Source: Basidiobolus meristosporus CBS 931.73
Lineage: Eukaryota > Fungi > Basidiobolomycota
NCBI GenBank assembly: GCA_002104905.1
Contig: MCFE01000191.1
Coordinates: 73,083-137,082, forward strand
DNA length: 64,000 bases
Direction of reading: 5' to 3'
In this document: in pieces, positions 11,040 through 25,406 of the stretch
Numbering within the stretch: the first letter of the stretch is position 1
Layout of the letters: every line of letters begins with the position of its first letter
Translations under genes and position numbers: made by a program
The notes under the pieces: model-generated
The model's database searches: none
Seen by the model: the letters and a program-made list of their open reading frames with translations, nothing else
Told to the model about the DNA's origin: nothing

Positions 11040-14000
11040 TACCAACTCAGAGTATTGCATGAGTAAATGTCAGAGCAATTTGTTCTGAAAGCTGGAATCA
11101 ACTTGTAACTCACCAAATCAACTTCAGTCTCAACAGCTGATGGGAACTCTCACATAATCAACCATAGTACTCAGCCAGTAAGGATGAAGATCAATGACTA
11201 AGAAGAAGATCTACAGGCCTATATATTTGGGAACTGCAAGTTAGACCTTGTACTTGGGAAAACCTGGCTATTTTGCTGTAATCCATCAATCAACTGGAGA
11301 ACCCATGCTACTCAGATCCAGAAGGACAATAAGACCCTTAAACTATTATCTGCCAGACTGGAATTCAACCTGGTCAATTCCAGTGTATGCAAAACAAGTG
11401 AACTTAGCAAGAAACAGTTCTATAGAGCACTTGGAAAGGGCTCCCAGATGTTTCTCATGGCAGTATTACAGGAGGATTCCTCTACTCCAGTACCCCAGAA
11501 AGTCCAGACTCCTTGAAGGAATATTCAAATGTATTTACAGATGAGCTTGTAGGCCTACCACTAGTCAGAGACATGGATCATGCCATTGACACAGGAGATA
11601 GCCCTCCAGTGAGTACAACACCGTACAGAATGAGTCCATTGGAGTTGGAAGAGATGAAGAGACAAATATATAATTTATTGGAGCACAGATATATCAGACC
11701 CAGCAAGTCACCTTGGTGAGCACCAGTACTTCTGTGAAGAAGAAGGATGGAACACTTAGAGTGTGTACTGACTACAGAGCCCTCAACTGAGTTACTGTGA
11801 AGAATGAGTACCCCATAACCTGAATTGATGAGCTTTTGATCAAACTCAATGGAGCCGCTATATTTAGTAAGATTGACCTCATATCAGGATACAACCAGAT
11901 TGAGGTGAGGCCAGAGGATATCCCTAAGACAGCATTCAGGACCGGATATGAACATTACAAGTACTAGTCATGAGTTTTGGCCTTGCCAATGCCCCTGCAA
12001 CATTCATGACCCTGATGCAGACTGTCTTCCAGGAGTACTTAGACAAGCTTGTGATAATCTACCTAGATGATATATTGATATACAGCAAGACAGAAGATGA
12101 TCATTTGGGGCACATTGAAAAGGTTTTGAAGAAGCAAAGAAAGAACAACCTTTATGGCAAGCTACCCAAGTGTGAATTCTTCAGGGAACATGTTGAATAT
12201 CTGGGACACATAGTGACTAGCAAAGGGGTACCCTTAGACCCTAAGAAGGTTGAAGTTATCAAGAATCTGAAGCAGCCCCATAGCATAGCAAAACTCTGAT
12301 CATACCTTAGAATGGTCTTGTATTATTCAACATTGTCAAGTCCTTGGCAAGTATTGCAGCCCCTTTATCTGATATCCTCAAGAAGGACAATACCTACAAG
12401 TGTGACATAGCTTGTGACACTGCCTTTCAGACAATCAAGAATGAACTTGCCAAGCTACCAAGCTTAAGAATCCCAGACTTCAGAAAAAAGTTTACTATGT
12501 GCACAGATGCTTTAGACTATACAATTGGTGGAGTGCTGAGCCAAGAACATGAGGGAAAGGACTACCTAGCTGCCTTTGAATCTAAGAAACTGAACTCAGC
12601 AGAACAAAGCTATCCAATGCATGAGAAGGAGATGCTTGCAATAATATGCTGCTTGAAGACATGGAAATGTTATATTGAAGAAGTCATATGCTCTATGAAG
12701 ACTCATCATGCCTCCCTCAAGTATATGGATACTCAGAAGGTACTCTCTGGAAGAATGACAAGATGGTGTCAATACATTTAGCAATTTGGTTTGGAGATTG
12801 TCTACTGCCCTGGGAAAAACAACATGGTTGCTGATGCATTATTGAGATTAGTACAAGTTGCACAACTTGACTTTGTGCATGAATCACATTGGCCTAGCCT
12901 ATTACCAAAGTACTTGAAGGATCAAATCAGTTCCTGATGAGGTGGATGAAGATATCAAGAGGATAATCTAGGATGAAGCCAGTAAATTTGTAGTACAGGA
13001 TGAAACACTCTACTAGACTCACACAAAACCAATAGGTTCAGTATTCTTTATTTATACTTTTCTGAGCAAGTTGATATAGTAAACACTAAGAGACTGGAAT
13101 AATTGAAGTCTGTTTTTGTCTGGGTGTTGATAGGTGCATAAAATAAATGCAAAATTGCTTCATTAATCAGCAGATATCTAGGCAACTACTAAGAGTTTTA
13201 TTGATCTCAGATGACTTATCCTTTGTGAATGCTTAGTGGATCAGTTGTGGATGTAAGGACTACTTGAAAATTGATCAGGTATGACAGCCAAAAATAGAAT
13301 CTAAGAAGTGATAAAACAAACCATGACAGTGATTAGGTATGTTTGGGTTAGGGAAGACCAGCTAGGGTACTAGATTTTCTAACAAAGTGAAATTGGCTAG
13401 GTTTCAAATGTCAATGCACAACACCTGGATTTAATACATAAGCTACACAATGGATATGGACATCTTGGAATTGAAGGAACCTATAGCCTGGTGAAAGTCA
13501 GAGCATGGTGGCCAAGAATGAAATATGACATTGAGAAGCTAGTGAAAACATACCCAAATTGCCAAATCAACCAAGGCCAACCACAGAGAGTTACTGAACT
13601 CTTTCCCTTGGAGCCTGTAAGACCATTTGAAAGATGCGGAATTGACTTTATTGGAAGACTGCCAACTACCAGGAAATGCAACAATTGCATCCTAGTAGCA
13701 ATTGACCATGCTGCCAAATGGCCAGTGGCTAAAGCAGTACCTATAGCCAGTGAAAAAGGAGTTGCAAGTTTTATCTACCATGAGATCCTTTTGAAGCTTA
13801 GATGCCCTGTAGAGATTCTATCCAACAGAGGTGCAAACTTTATGGTAAAAACAAAGAAAGCTTCCCTGAAAATGCAGCAGATCAAACACTTGAAAACCTT
13901 GGCATATCACCCCAGAATTAATGAAGTCACTGAACAGTTTAATGGATTATTTGGAAAATGCTGACTAAGTATGCAAATGGAGTTGCCAGTTGATGGGATG

Positions 14001-14290
14001 AGTATATAGACCAAGCGCTTTTTGCATGCAGAGTCAGAGTACACAACACCACCCAACAAATACCACTTTGCTCAGTGTATGGATGTGAACCAAGGATTCC
14101 AGGAGATCTCATACAACCAAAGCTTACAGAAACCTAAGGAGATGAACTCAGTCAGCCAAGTAGACACCAGCAGCTGGACTTTAGGTAAAGCTACAAAACA
14201 ACCTTGCTGATATGACAATAGGCCTTTCCAGATGGGAATGGAGTTCTGCCATACTGACTGATCACCCCCTGGTCTGACAGTCCAGTCTCT
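11040..14290 (+). pseudogene. pol: Ty3/gypsy family E pol remnant (PR-RT-RH-INT), plus-strand copy
   Basis: ORFs 11970-12299 (MSFGLANAPATF, YLDDIL), 12344-12781 (RNase H), 13491-13964 (integrase, GIDFIGRLP). Homologous to 20849-23520. Confidence 0.92.
13011..13421. repeat. LTR-like repeat family F replacing about 45 bp of integrase
   Basis: Reverse complement of 46977-47381; one end reads ...atgcaaca. No TSD recognised. Confidence 0.65.
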
Positions 14291-14550
14291 GAGTCCAATA
14301 CCAAATGATCCTGAGTAAGTGATAAGGTTAAATACCTAAAACTCACTAAAAAAGTGCCTCATGAATATCTTCAAGCAAATCTCTACCTAGGCCCAGTAAA
14401 AAATAATATGGTCCAGCTGACAAGTTCAATCTTAGTTGACTGTGAGGATTTACAGATGAGAATGTCTCAATGCTGGTAGTACTGAATTATTGACCCTCTT
14501 TGAGACCATAGAGCAGGCTTATGAAAGGGTTTTGCTACTTCAATGCCTTG

Positions 14551-15296
14551 TGTAATGCAATGCTCTGCTGCTTGAGTGTTAAGTTCAATCAGTTTGTAGT
14601 TCAATCAGTTAGTTTCATGTTGAACCTATCAGAATATTATTATTACTTTGCAAGTTAACAGTATTTATAAGCATATCAATCAGCAGATCCTTGTCAGACA
14701 GATTTTGGTATATTTGGTAAGATCTAAGTGGGTGATGATAATTCAATTATATTAGTCATTAGCTGCAACTTATATTAGGATATACAATTAGCTTTCACTT
14801 GATCTGGCAAAATGTACATAAGGAGCTGCTAGAACCATAAATATGGCCAGTTCAAGCTTGGACAATACAAAACTAGCTGAACTCCAAATTCCTCCGCAAC
14901 TCCTATATGGGGACTGTTGAAATATTGGACTATTTGGTATCATTCAGCAGCTAAAAATTTACTTAACAATTCTAGACTAGTCTTAGTCACTGTAGGACTC
15001 ATTTACTGCCTTAACTTTGCCACTTTCTCCAGATATATGATCTTATGATTATTCCCCTATAGTCAGGATCAAATTAGCACTATTACCAAACTTTATGTAC
15101 CAACCCTGAAACTGTTACAGAATGCTCCTGAATATTGAGAAACCCTCCCTACTTAGTATTGCAGCTGTATTACTTCTACAAAGGTATAAATACTGCGCTT
15201 CTTTATGAATAAACAACAGTTCAACTATTATCACTATTTCTTGATAAGTTCCTTATATCCAAATCACTTCTTAAATTGCAACAGGGACTTGTAACA
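14551..15296. repeat. LTR-like family G copy with nested family D solo LTR
   Basis: Collinear with 16665-17026 and ends gacttgtaaca. The 5' boundary is approximate. Confidence 0.65.
14915..15283. mobile_element. Solo LTR family D, opposite orientation to 7812-8180
   Basis: 369 bp, TGTTG...CAACA, perfect 5-bp TSD GGGAC. Confidence 0.92.
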
Positions 15297-16664
15297 ACTG
15301 TAATGTTTATGGTGTGTACACAGCTGTTCTAAACAAATTGCATGTCATTCAGGTAGTTCTAATCTGGACTACACCTACTTGAGCAAATCTAATCAGTCAA
15401 TACATGTTCTGGCTCATTAAGATAAGCAATTGGCAAGTGCTTTGATGGTCTTTGTGTAGAGCACTGTTACCTTTTTCATGGCAGTTTAGTAGTTGCTAGT
15501 TAGCCTGAAATAGTGCTATACTACCAATTTACCAAATGGTTTCTCATATTTCACCTCCCCTGGTGCCATCTAGATATTCCCTTGAAGTACTATACACCTA
15601 TATGCTTGTGCACTATGATAGCTGGTATTTTGCACAGAGCTCAGATCAAAAACCATCTGCTGCAGCAGACTCACTAATTTAATCTCAGCTTTACCGCTTG
15701 ACAGTGGGATACTTGTACAGCTACCACATGCCTTGTACTGCAACACCAAGAAATAAGCTCAAAATGGCTGACTAAACAGAGAGTTTGTGGTTGTTGCAAT
15801 TAAGAAACATAACAAGATAATACATGTATACGGCCAGTATAATGTCTGCATATCTCATGTGATAATGAGTATTTTCTAAGACTGTTGCCTGAATTGAAAA
15901 GTTGTTACAAAATATTTGCCAAAAATATCATCAAAACACAGGCAGAGAACCACCTACAGATCCAACAAGCTCCAACTTGGAGTTTTTCATAGGACTTTAA
16001 GATTACAAATCTTACAAACATGTGCTTACTAGTTGCCACTTTGTCATGAGTAAATATTCTTTATTTATAAAATAATTCTTGACACAATGCAAATACAATC
16101 CATTTACCGGATGGAATTTAGTCCTGGCTATATATGCACTGAGGGTGCTGTTTAACTGAATACACTACTCAAAGGTGTTGAAGCAGGATTGTGCCCCAGA
16201 AAAACATGTAGTACTTTAGGAGATCAAGCCTACTAGCATCATATGCATAGTGTATCCAGCCCAGCCTTCCCTTCCTTGACAAATACCTGCAAATTAGTGG
16301 AGCTCTTATACAGAATGAAATATGTGCAGGTGCCTCCTTCTGTAGAGATAAGTTCAATACTAACTAGTGTTTCCTGGCTCTGGTCCATGAGCTAATACTT
16401 CACAATAGATTTGAAGGTAATATTGTTAATCAGATGAGGATATGGCAGTACTTTAACTTAGTATGCTTCCTATCTATTGCTACATACAATCCATTGATTC
16501 CTCCAAAACATGAAACAAGGGCCAGTGTTCTCTGTACACTGAGCAAGATATATCAGAGAATGGAGACTTTAGCAGCAGAATGCAAATATTAAAACCCTTT
16601 GCTTGCAGAACAGCAACTTAAATTGTGTTGCAGACCCCTTCCATGTGAGTTGTATGCTGACCTT

Positions 16665-17026
16665 TGTTATAATCTGCTGCTTGAATATACAAGTTTACTT
16701 AGTTTTTAGTCAAGTCAATTAGCTTGATGTTAAGCCTTTCAGAATACCAGTGATAACAAATCAGTAGTATTAGTCAACAAATAATTCAGCTAATCCTTCA
16801 AACAAAAATAGATCTATTAGGTAGGATTTATGGAGTAATAATGATGTAATCAAATGAGACATCAGACACAACCTACATTGGGGAATACCATTAGTCAGCA
16901 ATTGATATGGCAAAATGTATAAAAGGAACTGCTGGAACCTCAATACAGATCAGTTCAAGCTTTGGTGAATCCAATACTGGTTAAACTCCCTGTTCCTCTA
17001 CAACTCCTGTATCAAGACTTGTATCA
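16665..17026. mobile_element. Solo LTR family G
   Basis: 362 bp, TGTTA...GTATCA, flanked by CCTT/CCTT. Homologues at 14.6 kb and (inverted) 19.4-20.5 kb. Confidence 0.75.
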
Positions 17027-18079
17027 CCTTGTTGCTGAGGGTAGTACACTCTGTGAAAGATAATCCTCCAGTATCTGCATACAACTAAAAGTGCTTCCCA
17101 TATACTCTGGGTAGAGGTACCTTTGGAAGGTCACTTGCTTGAGCCCAACTTAATTGATCCAGTCCTTGAATTCAAGTTGTTGCATATACATATGTAATCT
17201 GATTAGTGCTTGTGTGATTTACACTAAGTAAATTACTCTGTGATATCTTGCCAACTTTTCTAAATTTCCCTGATGTTACAAAATGCTCAAATGGCTTGAG
17301 AAGCCCCTTGTGCAGCTTGGCTGTGAGTATTCAGATTTTGCAGAAGAGCAATCTCATTGATTCCAGTAAAATCCTTTTGCCCCAACTGGTTGTATCTATA
17401 TTGAATATCACTGGTCACTCTAAGATTATAATATTTGTGAGGCATCATATATTCACCTATAAAATGCTTCAGTATACTATCAAATAGCAAGAAACTATGC
17501 TAACCTGCTGTTGTAGCTGAAGCACTGCTGCAAGGGTGCAAACACTGTGCTTCATTATGATTATGTAACAGCTTGCCTTTTATCACTATTGCTTGAAAGG
17601 TTCATGATATCCCAAACATTGTGTGAATTGAGACATGTTATGAGCTGTAATTGCCTTAGTCTGTACTTAAAATGGCTTCTACCAGCAAACTGAACAACTC
17701 AAGCATCTTCTGCACATAGGAGAGGGTTGAAGGGAAGAACCATGTACTTTGGAGAGGTAAGATGGAGATTTACCTTGAGGAGTGCAAGCTCTCAGATATT
17801 TTACCAGAAATGGAAGTGGAGCTCAAAGGATAGCAGGAAAAGTTTAAATGTATTCAAAGACAGAGAGACAGTGCTTTAATGCCATATGTGTCAATAAGCA
17901 TTATTTCTTTGTTGAACAAACTCATGCTTTCAATACTGCCAATTAGCCTGTGAATCCTTAGATAAGTTCCTTGGAGCCAATTCTGTACCAAGCCAGCATT
18001 ATTTGTAGAGAAGGCTATTCAACATATGGAAGTAGTCAAATGATGACATACTATAGTCCCTAACCAGAATGGAGGCACT

Positions 18080-18210
18080 TATTGCAATTGAAGAAGTGAT
18101 TATGATAGATGGAACTAGTCAAGAAATAGTGATAATTGTTGAACTGCTGTTGATTTATGAAAAACTCAGTGTTTATACATTTGAAGAAGTAATACAGCTG
18201 TAATACTAAT
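18080..18210. repeat. Family D LTR fragment
   Basis: gcaattgaagaagtgatt...tttatacatttgaagaagtaatacagctg matches the start of 7812-8180. Confidence 0.65.
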
Positions 18211-18339
18211 TAATAGATAATATGCATTTGGAAATCAATACCCATGGCAGAAATTGCAGTAGGTTTGTTGCACAGAAAGAGCAGTTGTGTACTATGATGA
18301 TTAGCCTGGGGCTTGTCCTGCAATGTAGAGGATAACTGA

Positions 18340-18800
18340 TAAATACAATGACTTCTAGTATACTAACACAGTAGTGCTCTTTCAGGAGCTACAAATACTA
18401 ATAAAAGATATAAACCTCACTAATATCATCAATGTTGGACTCAAAATTTACTAAAAGCAGTGCCTTATGCCTTTGCAGCTGAGTTCTGTCCTTCTGTATG
18501 CTATAGGGCAAGATTATTTTTGTTGTAGCTTTCCAAATTTGGAAAACACTTCCCTCTCCATTTGCAAAACCAAATCTCTGCTCCAACCCAAAGGGGTGTG
18601 GTAAAGGGCTAACTTAAGAAGACTTTACACTAAAGGGCTGGCATCAGAGTAAAGGTGAATTGTACAGTTGTCTCTAAACTAGTCTTTATACTAAAGGTGA
18701 GCCCAAAGGGACTTTTTTAGAATAAAGTGGTCTCCTGAAGGGGTTTCTGAATGGGTGTCTCAAGAGAATGGTGGTTTCTTCAAGCAGGTTCTTCAGAAGA
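18340..18800 (-). repeat. Old, diverged family B LTR fragment
   Basis: Collinear with 57950-58310, including a degenerate TAAAGGG(G) array. Confidence 0.6.
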
Positions 18801-19392
18801 ATGGTGGCACTTTGTGTGAGCCTTTGATTGGGTTCTTGGGAGCATAGCAGAGGTAGATGAGTTTGCAGTGCAAGGCAATTTCTCTACCACAGCCTCAACA
18901 TCCACTATTGTTGACAGGATTCAGATCCCACTGATCAACTAAGCAGCAACATCCAAAACTCAATGGACAAGGCAATGCCTATAGTGAAAACTAGGGGCAA
19001 CAACAAGCACAGCAGAAGTTCACCACACCTTTCAAGAATTGGAGCTGAAGAAAATCAATGCCATCAATTGAGTCATTCCCCATTGTAATTGCAGAACTAA
19101 ACTGTGAAGCCCTTAAAGCATGTCAATAGTCCCCATTACTGAGCAGTATTGATCCCATTGGGACATGGTGCAAAGACCATTTAAAGATAACTGCACTCCA
19201 GATTTCACAATTAACTGTGTTAATATTTTACATCACAACAATAATTGAGTGACTTTTGATTTGTCCTCTGCCAGTTCTCTCACTTTCTGATCCCAGACAC
19301 CCAATTGCCTCGTACATTTGTATACATTGATTGCCTATTCCCTCTTTTTCCTTACTTCCTGATTCAGCCAATTTTCTTGCTTTTTATGCCTA

Positions 19393-20480
19393 CGTTACAA
19401 GTCTTAGTATAAGAGTTGTAGAGGAACAGGGAGTTTTGCTAGAATTATATTCACTAAAACTTGAACTGATTTTTATTGAGGTTCCAGCAGCTCCTTATAT
19501 AGATTTTGCATGATCAATTGCTGACTAAATGTGTTTCCTAATGTAGGCTATGGCTGATGACTCATTTAATTACATCATCATCACCCAATAAGATCCTACT
19601 TAATAGACTTGTTCTGTTGGATAGTGCCACATTGAGCCATGAGTGCCAAATAGTGCCATGGTGTGCCTGAGAGTCATAGCAGACCTAAACTTGGCCACAG
19701 AGTGTGACATATAGTTCTGCATATTCATGCAAAGCAGCCCCTGTGTTTCACCTACTGTGCAGGAGAAAATCAACTTTTTAACCTTTTTTTTGGGATCAAA
19801 ATTGTGCATGACATAAAAGAGCACAGACAGACTGAAGATATGCATCTGGTACACAATACCCATGGCACTCTAAATCTAGCCCCACAGGCTTGTAGCATGT
19901 CACACAAATGCATGGCACTATCTTGGTCCACTGGTACTATCTGGCGCTATATTTAAATATTAGCCCTAAAGTAGAATCTATACAAAGCACTTATGGTGCC
20001 AGATAGTGCCATGCATTTTTGTGACATGCTACAAGCCTATGGGGCTAGATTTAGAGTGCCATAGGTATTGTGTACCAGATGCATATCTTCAGTCTGTCTG
20101 TGCTCTTTTATGTCATGCACAATTTTGATCCTAAAAAAAAGGTTAAAAAGTTGATTTTCTCCTGCACCGTAGGTGAGACACAGGGGCTGCTTTGCATGAA
20201 TATGAAGAACTCTATGCCACACTCTGTGGCCAAGTTTAGGTCTGCTATGACTCTCAGGTGCACTATGGCACTATTTGGCACTCATGGCTCAATGTGGCAC
20301 TATCCAACAGAACAAGTCTAATATATATATTTCTCTCAGATAAGGATCTGCTGATACATTTTGCTGACTAATGCCACTGATTTGATAGATAATACTGATA
20401 TACTGATAAGCTAAACATATAACTAATTGACTTGACTAAAAACTGATTTAACTGAAATATTTAAGCGGTAAATCATAACA
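19393..20480. repeat. Family G LTR (inverted) interrupted by foldback copy 2
   Basis: cgttacaagtc...aaatcataaca; reverse complement of 16665-17026 outside the insert. Confidence 0.75.
19605..20319. mobile_element. Foldback element copy 2 (715 bp)
   Basis: Same termini and spacer as copy 1, perfect AAT TSD, ~19-bp deletion in the right arm. Confidence 0.93.
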
Positions 20481-20636
20481 TTCTCCCTTATCAAAGTTGA
20501 GAGGGTTCTCCTGAATTTCTTTTTTTATGATACCAATATCTTGATGGTTCAGTATAATCAGCAAGTCATGCAAGCTTGAGTCTGTCCCTATGCACTAAAT
20601 CTTCCCAGATAATGCCTTGTTTGTCCACTAGTTGGT

Positions 20637-20848
20637 AGACTTGTTCCATTGGATAGTTCCAATTTGACCTATCAGTGCTAAATGATGCCATACTGAAAAC
20701 ATGCATCTAGTACTCAATCCCCATGGCTCTGTGAATCTATCTCTTGTAGCTTGTATAATTTCACCAAAATGCATGGCACTATCTTGGTACATTGGTACTA
20801 TCTGGCACTATAAGTGCTTTGGACAGGTCTTACTTTAAGGCTAATACT
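20637..20848. mobile_element. Foldback element, internally deleted arm plus reversed spacer
   Basis: Starts agacttgttcc and ends aagtgctttggacaggtcttactttaaggctaata. Abuts Ty3 integrase. Confidence 0.75.
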
Positions 20849-23800
20849 CTGACTCTGAATGCAAAAAGTGCTTGGTCTATATACTCATTCCATCTGCTGA
20901 CAGCTCCATATGCATACTTGGTTAGTACTTTTCCAAATAATCCATTAAACTGCTTAGTGACTCCATTAGTTCTAGGGTGATATGCTGAGGTTTTCAAGTG
21001 TCTGATGTGTTGCATTTCCAGGTTAGCATCCAATGTCTTTGCCATAAAGTTTGCTCCTCTATTGAATAGAATCCCCACAGGGCATCCAAAATTCATAAGG
21101 ATCTCATGGCAGAGAAAACTCGCAACTTCATGTTCACTGGCTACTGGTACTGCTTTGGCCACTGGCCATTTGGTGACATGGTCAGTTGCTACTAGGATCC
21201 AACAGTTGCATTTCCTTGTAGTTGGCAGTCTTCCAATAAAGTCAATTCTCCAGCTTTCAAGTTGTCTTATAGGCTCCAAGGGAAAGAGTTCAGCAATTCT
21301 CTGTGGTTGGCCTTGGTTGATTTGGCAATTTGGGCATGCTTTCACTAGCTTTTCAATATATTGTTTCATTCTGGGCCACCATGCTCTGGCTTTCACCACG
21401 CTATAGGTTCCTTCAATTCCAAGATGTCCATATCCATTGTGTAGCTTATGTATTGAATCCAGGCAAGCAACATACAGGCAATAGGTAATAGGGCATCCAT
21501 CAACAATCCGGTAGAGTGTTTCATCCTGTACAAATTTGCTGGCTTCATCCCATATTATCTTCTTGATATCTTCATCCACCTCATCAGGAATAGCTTAGTT
21601 GCTCAAGTACTTTGGTAATAAGATAGGCCAATCTGATTCATGCACTAAGTTGAATTGTGCCAATTGTTGTAGTCTTGACAAGGCATCAACAACTATGATG
21701 TTTTTTTTGGGTCAGTGGACAATATCCAAATTGAATTGCTGAATATATTCACTTCATCTTGCCATTCTTCTGGATAGTACGTTCAAAGTAAATATGTACT
21801 CAAGGGAGGCATGATCAGTCTTCACAGTGCATTTGACTCCTTCAATATAGCATCTTCATGTGTTCAAGCAGTGTATTATAGCAAGCATCTCTTTCTCATG
21901 TGCTGGATAATTTTGTTCAGCTGAATTCAATTTCTTGGATTGAAAGGCAACTTGGTAGTCCTTTCCCTTGTGTTCTTGGCTCAGCACTCCACCAATTGCA
22001 TAGTGTGAAGCATATGTGCACAGAGTGTACTACTTTCTGAAGTCTGGAATTCTTAAGCTTGGTTGCTTAGCAAGTTCATTGTTGAGTGTCTGAAAGGCAG
22101 TCTCACAAGCTATGTCCCACTTGTAGGTATTGTCTTTCTTGAGGATATCAGTTAAAGGGGTTGTAATACTTGCAAAGGACTTGACAAATCTCCAATGATA
22201 GGAAACCATTTCAGGGAATGATCTGAGTTCTGATATGCTATGGAGCTGTTTCAGATTCTTGATAACTTCAACCTTCTTAAGGTCTAAGATTACCCCTGTG
22301 CTAGTCACCATGGGTTCCAAATATTCAATGTGTTCCTTGACAAATTCATACCTGGGTAGCTTGCCATAACGCTTGTTCTCTCTTAGCTTCTTCAGGACCT
22401 TTTCAATGTGCACCAAGTGATCCTCTTCTATCTTGCTGTATCTCAATAAGTCATCTAGGTAGATTATCACAAATTTGTCTAAGTACTTGTGGAAGTTGGT
22501 TTGCATCAGGGTCATGAATGTTGCAGGGGTATTGGTGAGGTTGGAACTCATGACTAAGTTCTTGTAATGTCTATATGTAGTCTTGAATGCTGTCTTAGGG
22601 ATGTCTTCTTGCTTCACCCTAATCTGGTTGTATCCTGATATGGGGTCAATCTTGCAGAGTATAGTGGCGCAATTGAGTTGGTCCAAAAGCTCATCAATCT
22701 AAGGTATGGGGTATTTATTCTTCATGGTAACTGAGCTGAGGGCTCTGCAGCCAATGCACATCCCAAGTGTTCTATCCTTATTCTTCACAAAGAGTACTGG
22801 TGCTCACCAAGGTGACTTGATGGGTCTGATATATCCTTGCTACAGTAGCTGATCTATTTGTCTCTTCAGCTCTTCCAACTCCAATGGACACATTCTGTAA
22901 GGTGCCTTACTCACTGGAGGGCTCTCTCCTGTCTCAATGGCATAATTCATGGCTCTAGCTGGTGGTAGGCTGACAAGTTCATCTGGAAATACATCTGAAT
23001 ATTCATTCAAAAGAGTCTTGATTTTCTGGGGTACTGGAGCAGTGGATTCCTCCTGCAATACTGCCATGAGGAACATCTGGGTACCTTTTCTTAGTGCTTT
23101 ACAGAACTGTGTCTTGCTAAGTTCACTTGTTCCACACAAACTGCAATTGACCAAGTTAAAATCCAGGCTGGCAGGTAATGGTTCATAGGTCTTGTTGTAC
23201 TTCTGGATCTGAGTAGTGTAGGCTCTCCAGCTGATTGATGGATTACAACAAAATAGCCAGGTTTTCTCACATACAAGGTCAAATTTCCAGTTCCCAAATA
23301 TATAGGCCTGTAGATCTTCTTTATAGTTATTGATCTTCATCCTTACTGGCTGAGTAGTATGGCTGATTATGTAAAAGTTCCCATCAGCTGTTGAGACTGA
23401 AGCTCATTTGGTAGGTTCTGACCTGATTCCAGCTTTCAATGCTAGTTGCTCTGATATGTACTAATGCAATGCTCCTGAGCCAATCATGATCCTGGCAGGT
23501 ATTCCATTGATTACTTTGTTGTGGTATAATAGCTTTCCTGAGTTTGAGATCTTCTGGGATAGGTACTCTTCTGTTATATGGAAGGTGAGTTCTGAGTCTT
23601 GGAGTTCATCCTCCATGTTACTATGCTCCAGGGCTTCAATATGGTTAAAGGTTCTTGATGGCTGGTGTCCATTTCTTCTCTGAGGGCAGTACTGTGCAAT
23701 GTGTCCTTGCTGGTGGCAATTGAAGCCAAGCCCTTTCTTAATACATTCTTCTGAGGTAGGATTCTTCTGCATTGCATCTATTTCCATTAGCACTGATTCT

Positions 23801-24078
23801 GATGGTCTTCTTTTATAGTGATTGTAGCCTCTCTGATTAGTTGTTGTGGGCTTCTCAGCTCCAAATATAACTGAGTCATAGTGTCTAAATATACATCTGT
23901 ATGCATAGATATACTCTTGAACTATTCCTTTCTATCTGAGTGTCATCAACTTTCTTCTCAGTAGTGTCTGCTGGTGTGGGGGTTCAATGTATCATAAGTT
24001 TTCAACACAAACGTATCCCAAGTAGAGATTGTAAAGCATCCCATCATGGTGACTGACCTGATCTTGTTGTGCTACCAC
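20849..24078 (-). mobile_element. Ty3/gypsy family E internal region (gag-PR-RT-RH-INT), decayed
   Basis: ORFs 23461-23793 (decayed CCHC knuckle, protease IGSGA), 22840-23340, 22030-22686 (RT, YLDDLL), 20830-21579 (integrase HHCC, IDFIGRLP). tggtagc PBS-like motif at ~24071-24077. Confidence 0.92.
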
Positions 24079-25406
24079 TATCAAGCTGCATCTGCCAGGT
24101 AAGAGGCTGCATGATGCAACTTGCTTTCTGGAGCAATTCCCTTAGCCTTGAAAGCTTCTTCATTCTGAAACAGCCAAGTTCCCAGGTTTTCATTGACTCT
24201 ACTATGGTACTGGTTGACCTTCACACTAAAGTTGCACTTGAGCATATGCTGAAAGTGCAAAACAAGTGGGAAAGAAAAATCATGTTGCTTGCAGAGTGCC
24301 AGCTAGGGACAAGCAGGCCAAAATATATGCCTCACAGCAGCATGTAGCAAGGAGAAAATGTAGTTCATTACAAGAGGCATTCAGTCAAAGTAACAGTGAA
24401 AGACCTGGCAGCAATAAAGTTAAGGTAGAGGGGAAAAAGTCAAGTAAAGCCAGAGACAAGGAAGCATGATAAGAAATCTACAGCTCTTGCCAATTAACTC
24501 CATAGGCCTAGAGGAAACTGAATCTAGTCATAGCCAAGAAGTATTGCCAGCAAGAAAGCAGCTGTCTTCATAAGAGTTGGAAGCATAGCCAGTTGAGCTA
24601 TGCTGTAGTGAGGTAGATTAGTCTGCAGAGAAAGGCATTTGTCTATCACAGCCTCCATGCCCACCATTTTTGACAGAGTGAGGATCCCAGCTGTAGACAA
24701 AGTACCAACATCAAGAGCTGAAAAGACTATCACCATGCCTTCAGTGGAAATTTGGGATATTAATAGGCACACCAAGAGGTTTCAGCACCTCATCAAAAGC
24801 AGTGCTCAAGAAAATGAACTTGAATATTGCTAGGATCTATTGCAATGACTGGCAGATGAGGTATTAGATCATGGAGCACCAACTGAAGACCAGGACATGT
24901 GGGAACCAGTGAATGAACAGTGGCATAAAGCCAAAGGGTTCCTGCCAAAGTCATGGAAACAGAGTGAGACAGCAGAAATACTTACTGAGTAGCAGATTTT
25001 GATGGGGTTACTTGTTGAGTTTTGGGTTGTGCTTAATTTTAGTGTAGGGTATAGGGAATTGTATAGGTCTATACAACTTGCAACTGAGTTACAATTGAAG
25101 TTTGAATGGAGATAAATTGATTTGTATACATATAAAGTCAGCAAAACAATTGAGTCAGAGAGTTAGAAGTATGAAGCAGAGGCAATATCCAACTAATGTG
25201 TACCAACACAGGATGTGATAGAGTGTCTGGAATCAGAAAGTGAAAAAATTGGCAAATTACCAATCAATAACCGCATTTGTATAGTTGTGATGAAAATTTT
25301 GATCAAATTTTTTGTGTAATCTGGGGTGTTATTATTTTCTGACAGTCTTTGCACAGTGTCCTGATGCAATCAACACCTCTCAGTTACCAGACTCTAAATT
25401 TGTAAT
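24079..25406 (-). repeat. Putative family E LTR / long 5' region
   Basis: Lies upstream of the PBS-like motif, and parts recur at 9125-9330, 38600-39390 and 41040-41150. No paired LTR is available, so boundaries are tentative. Confidence 0.5.

Noticed and set aside
15300-17700. Possible minus-strand DNA transposase remnant (SIPLSSGKAE, LKPFEHFV, EAPAH-like strings)
   Set aside because: The motifs point inconsistently to hAT or pogo and need several assumed frameshifts; it cannot be called without an HMM search.
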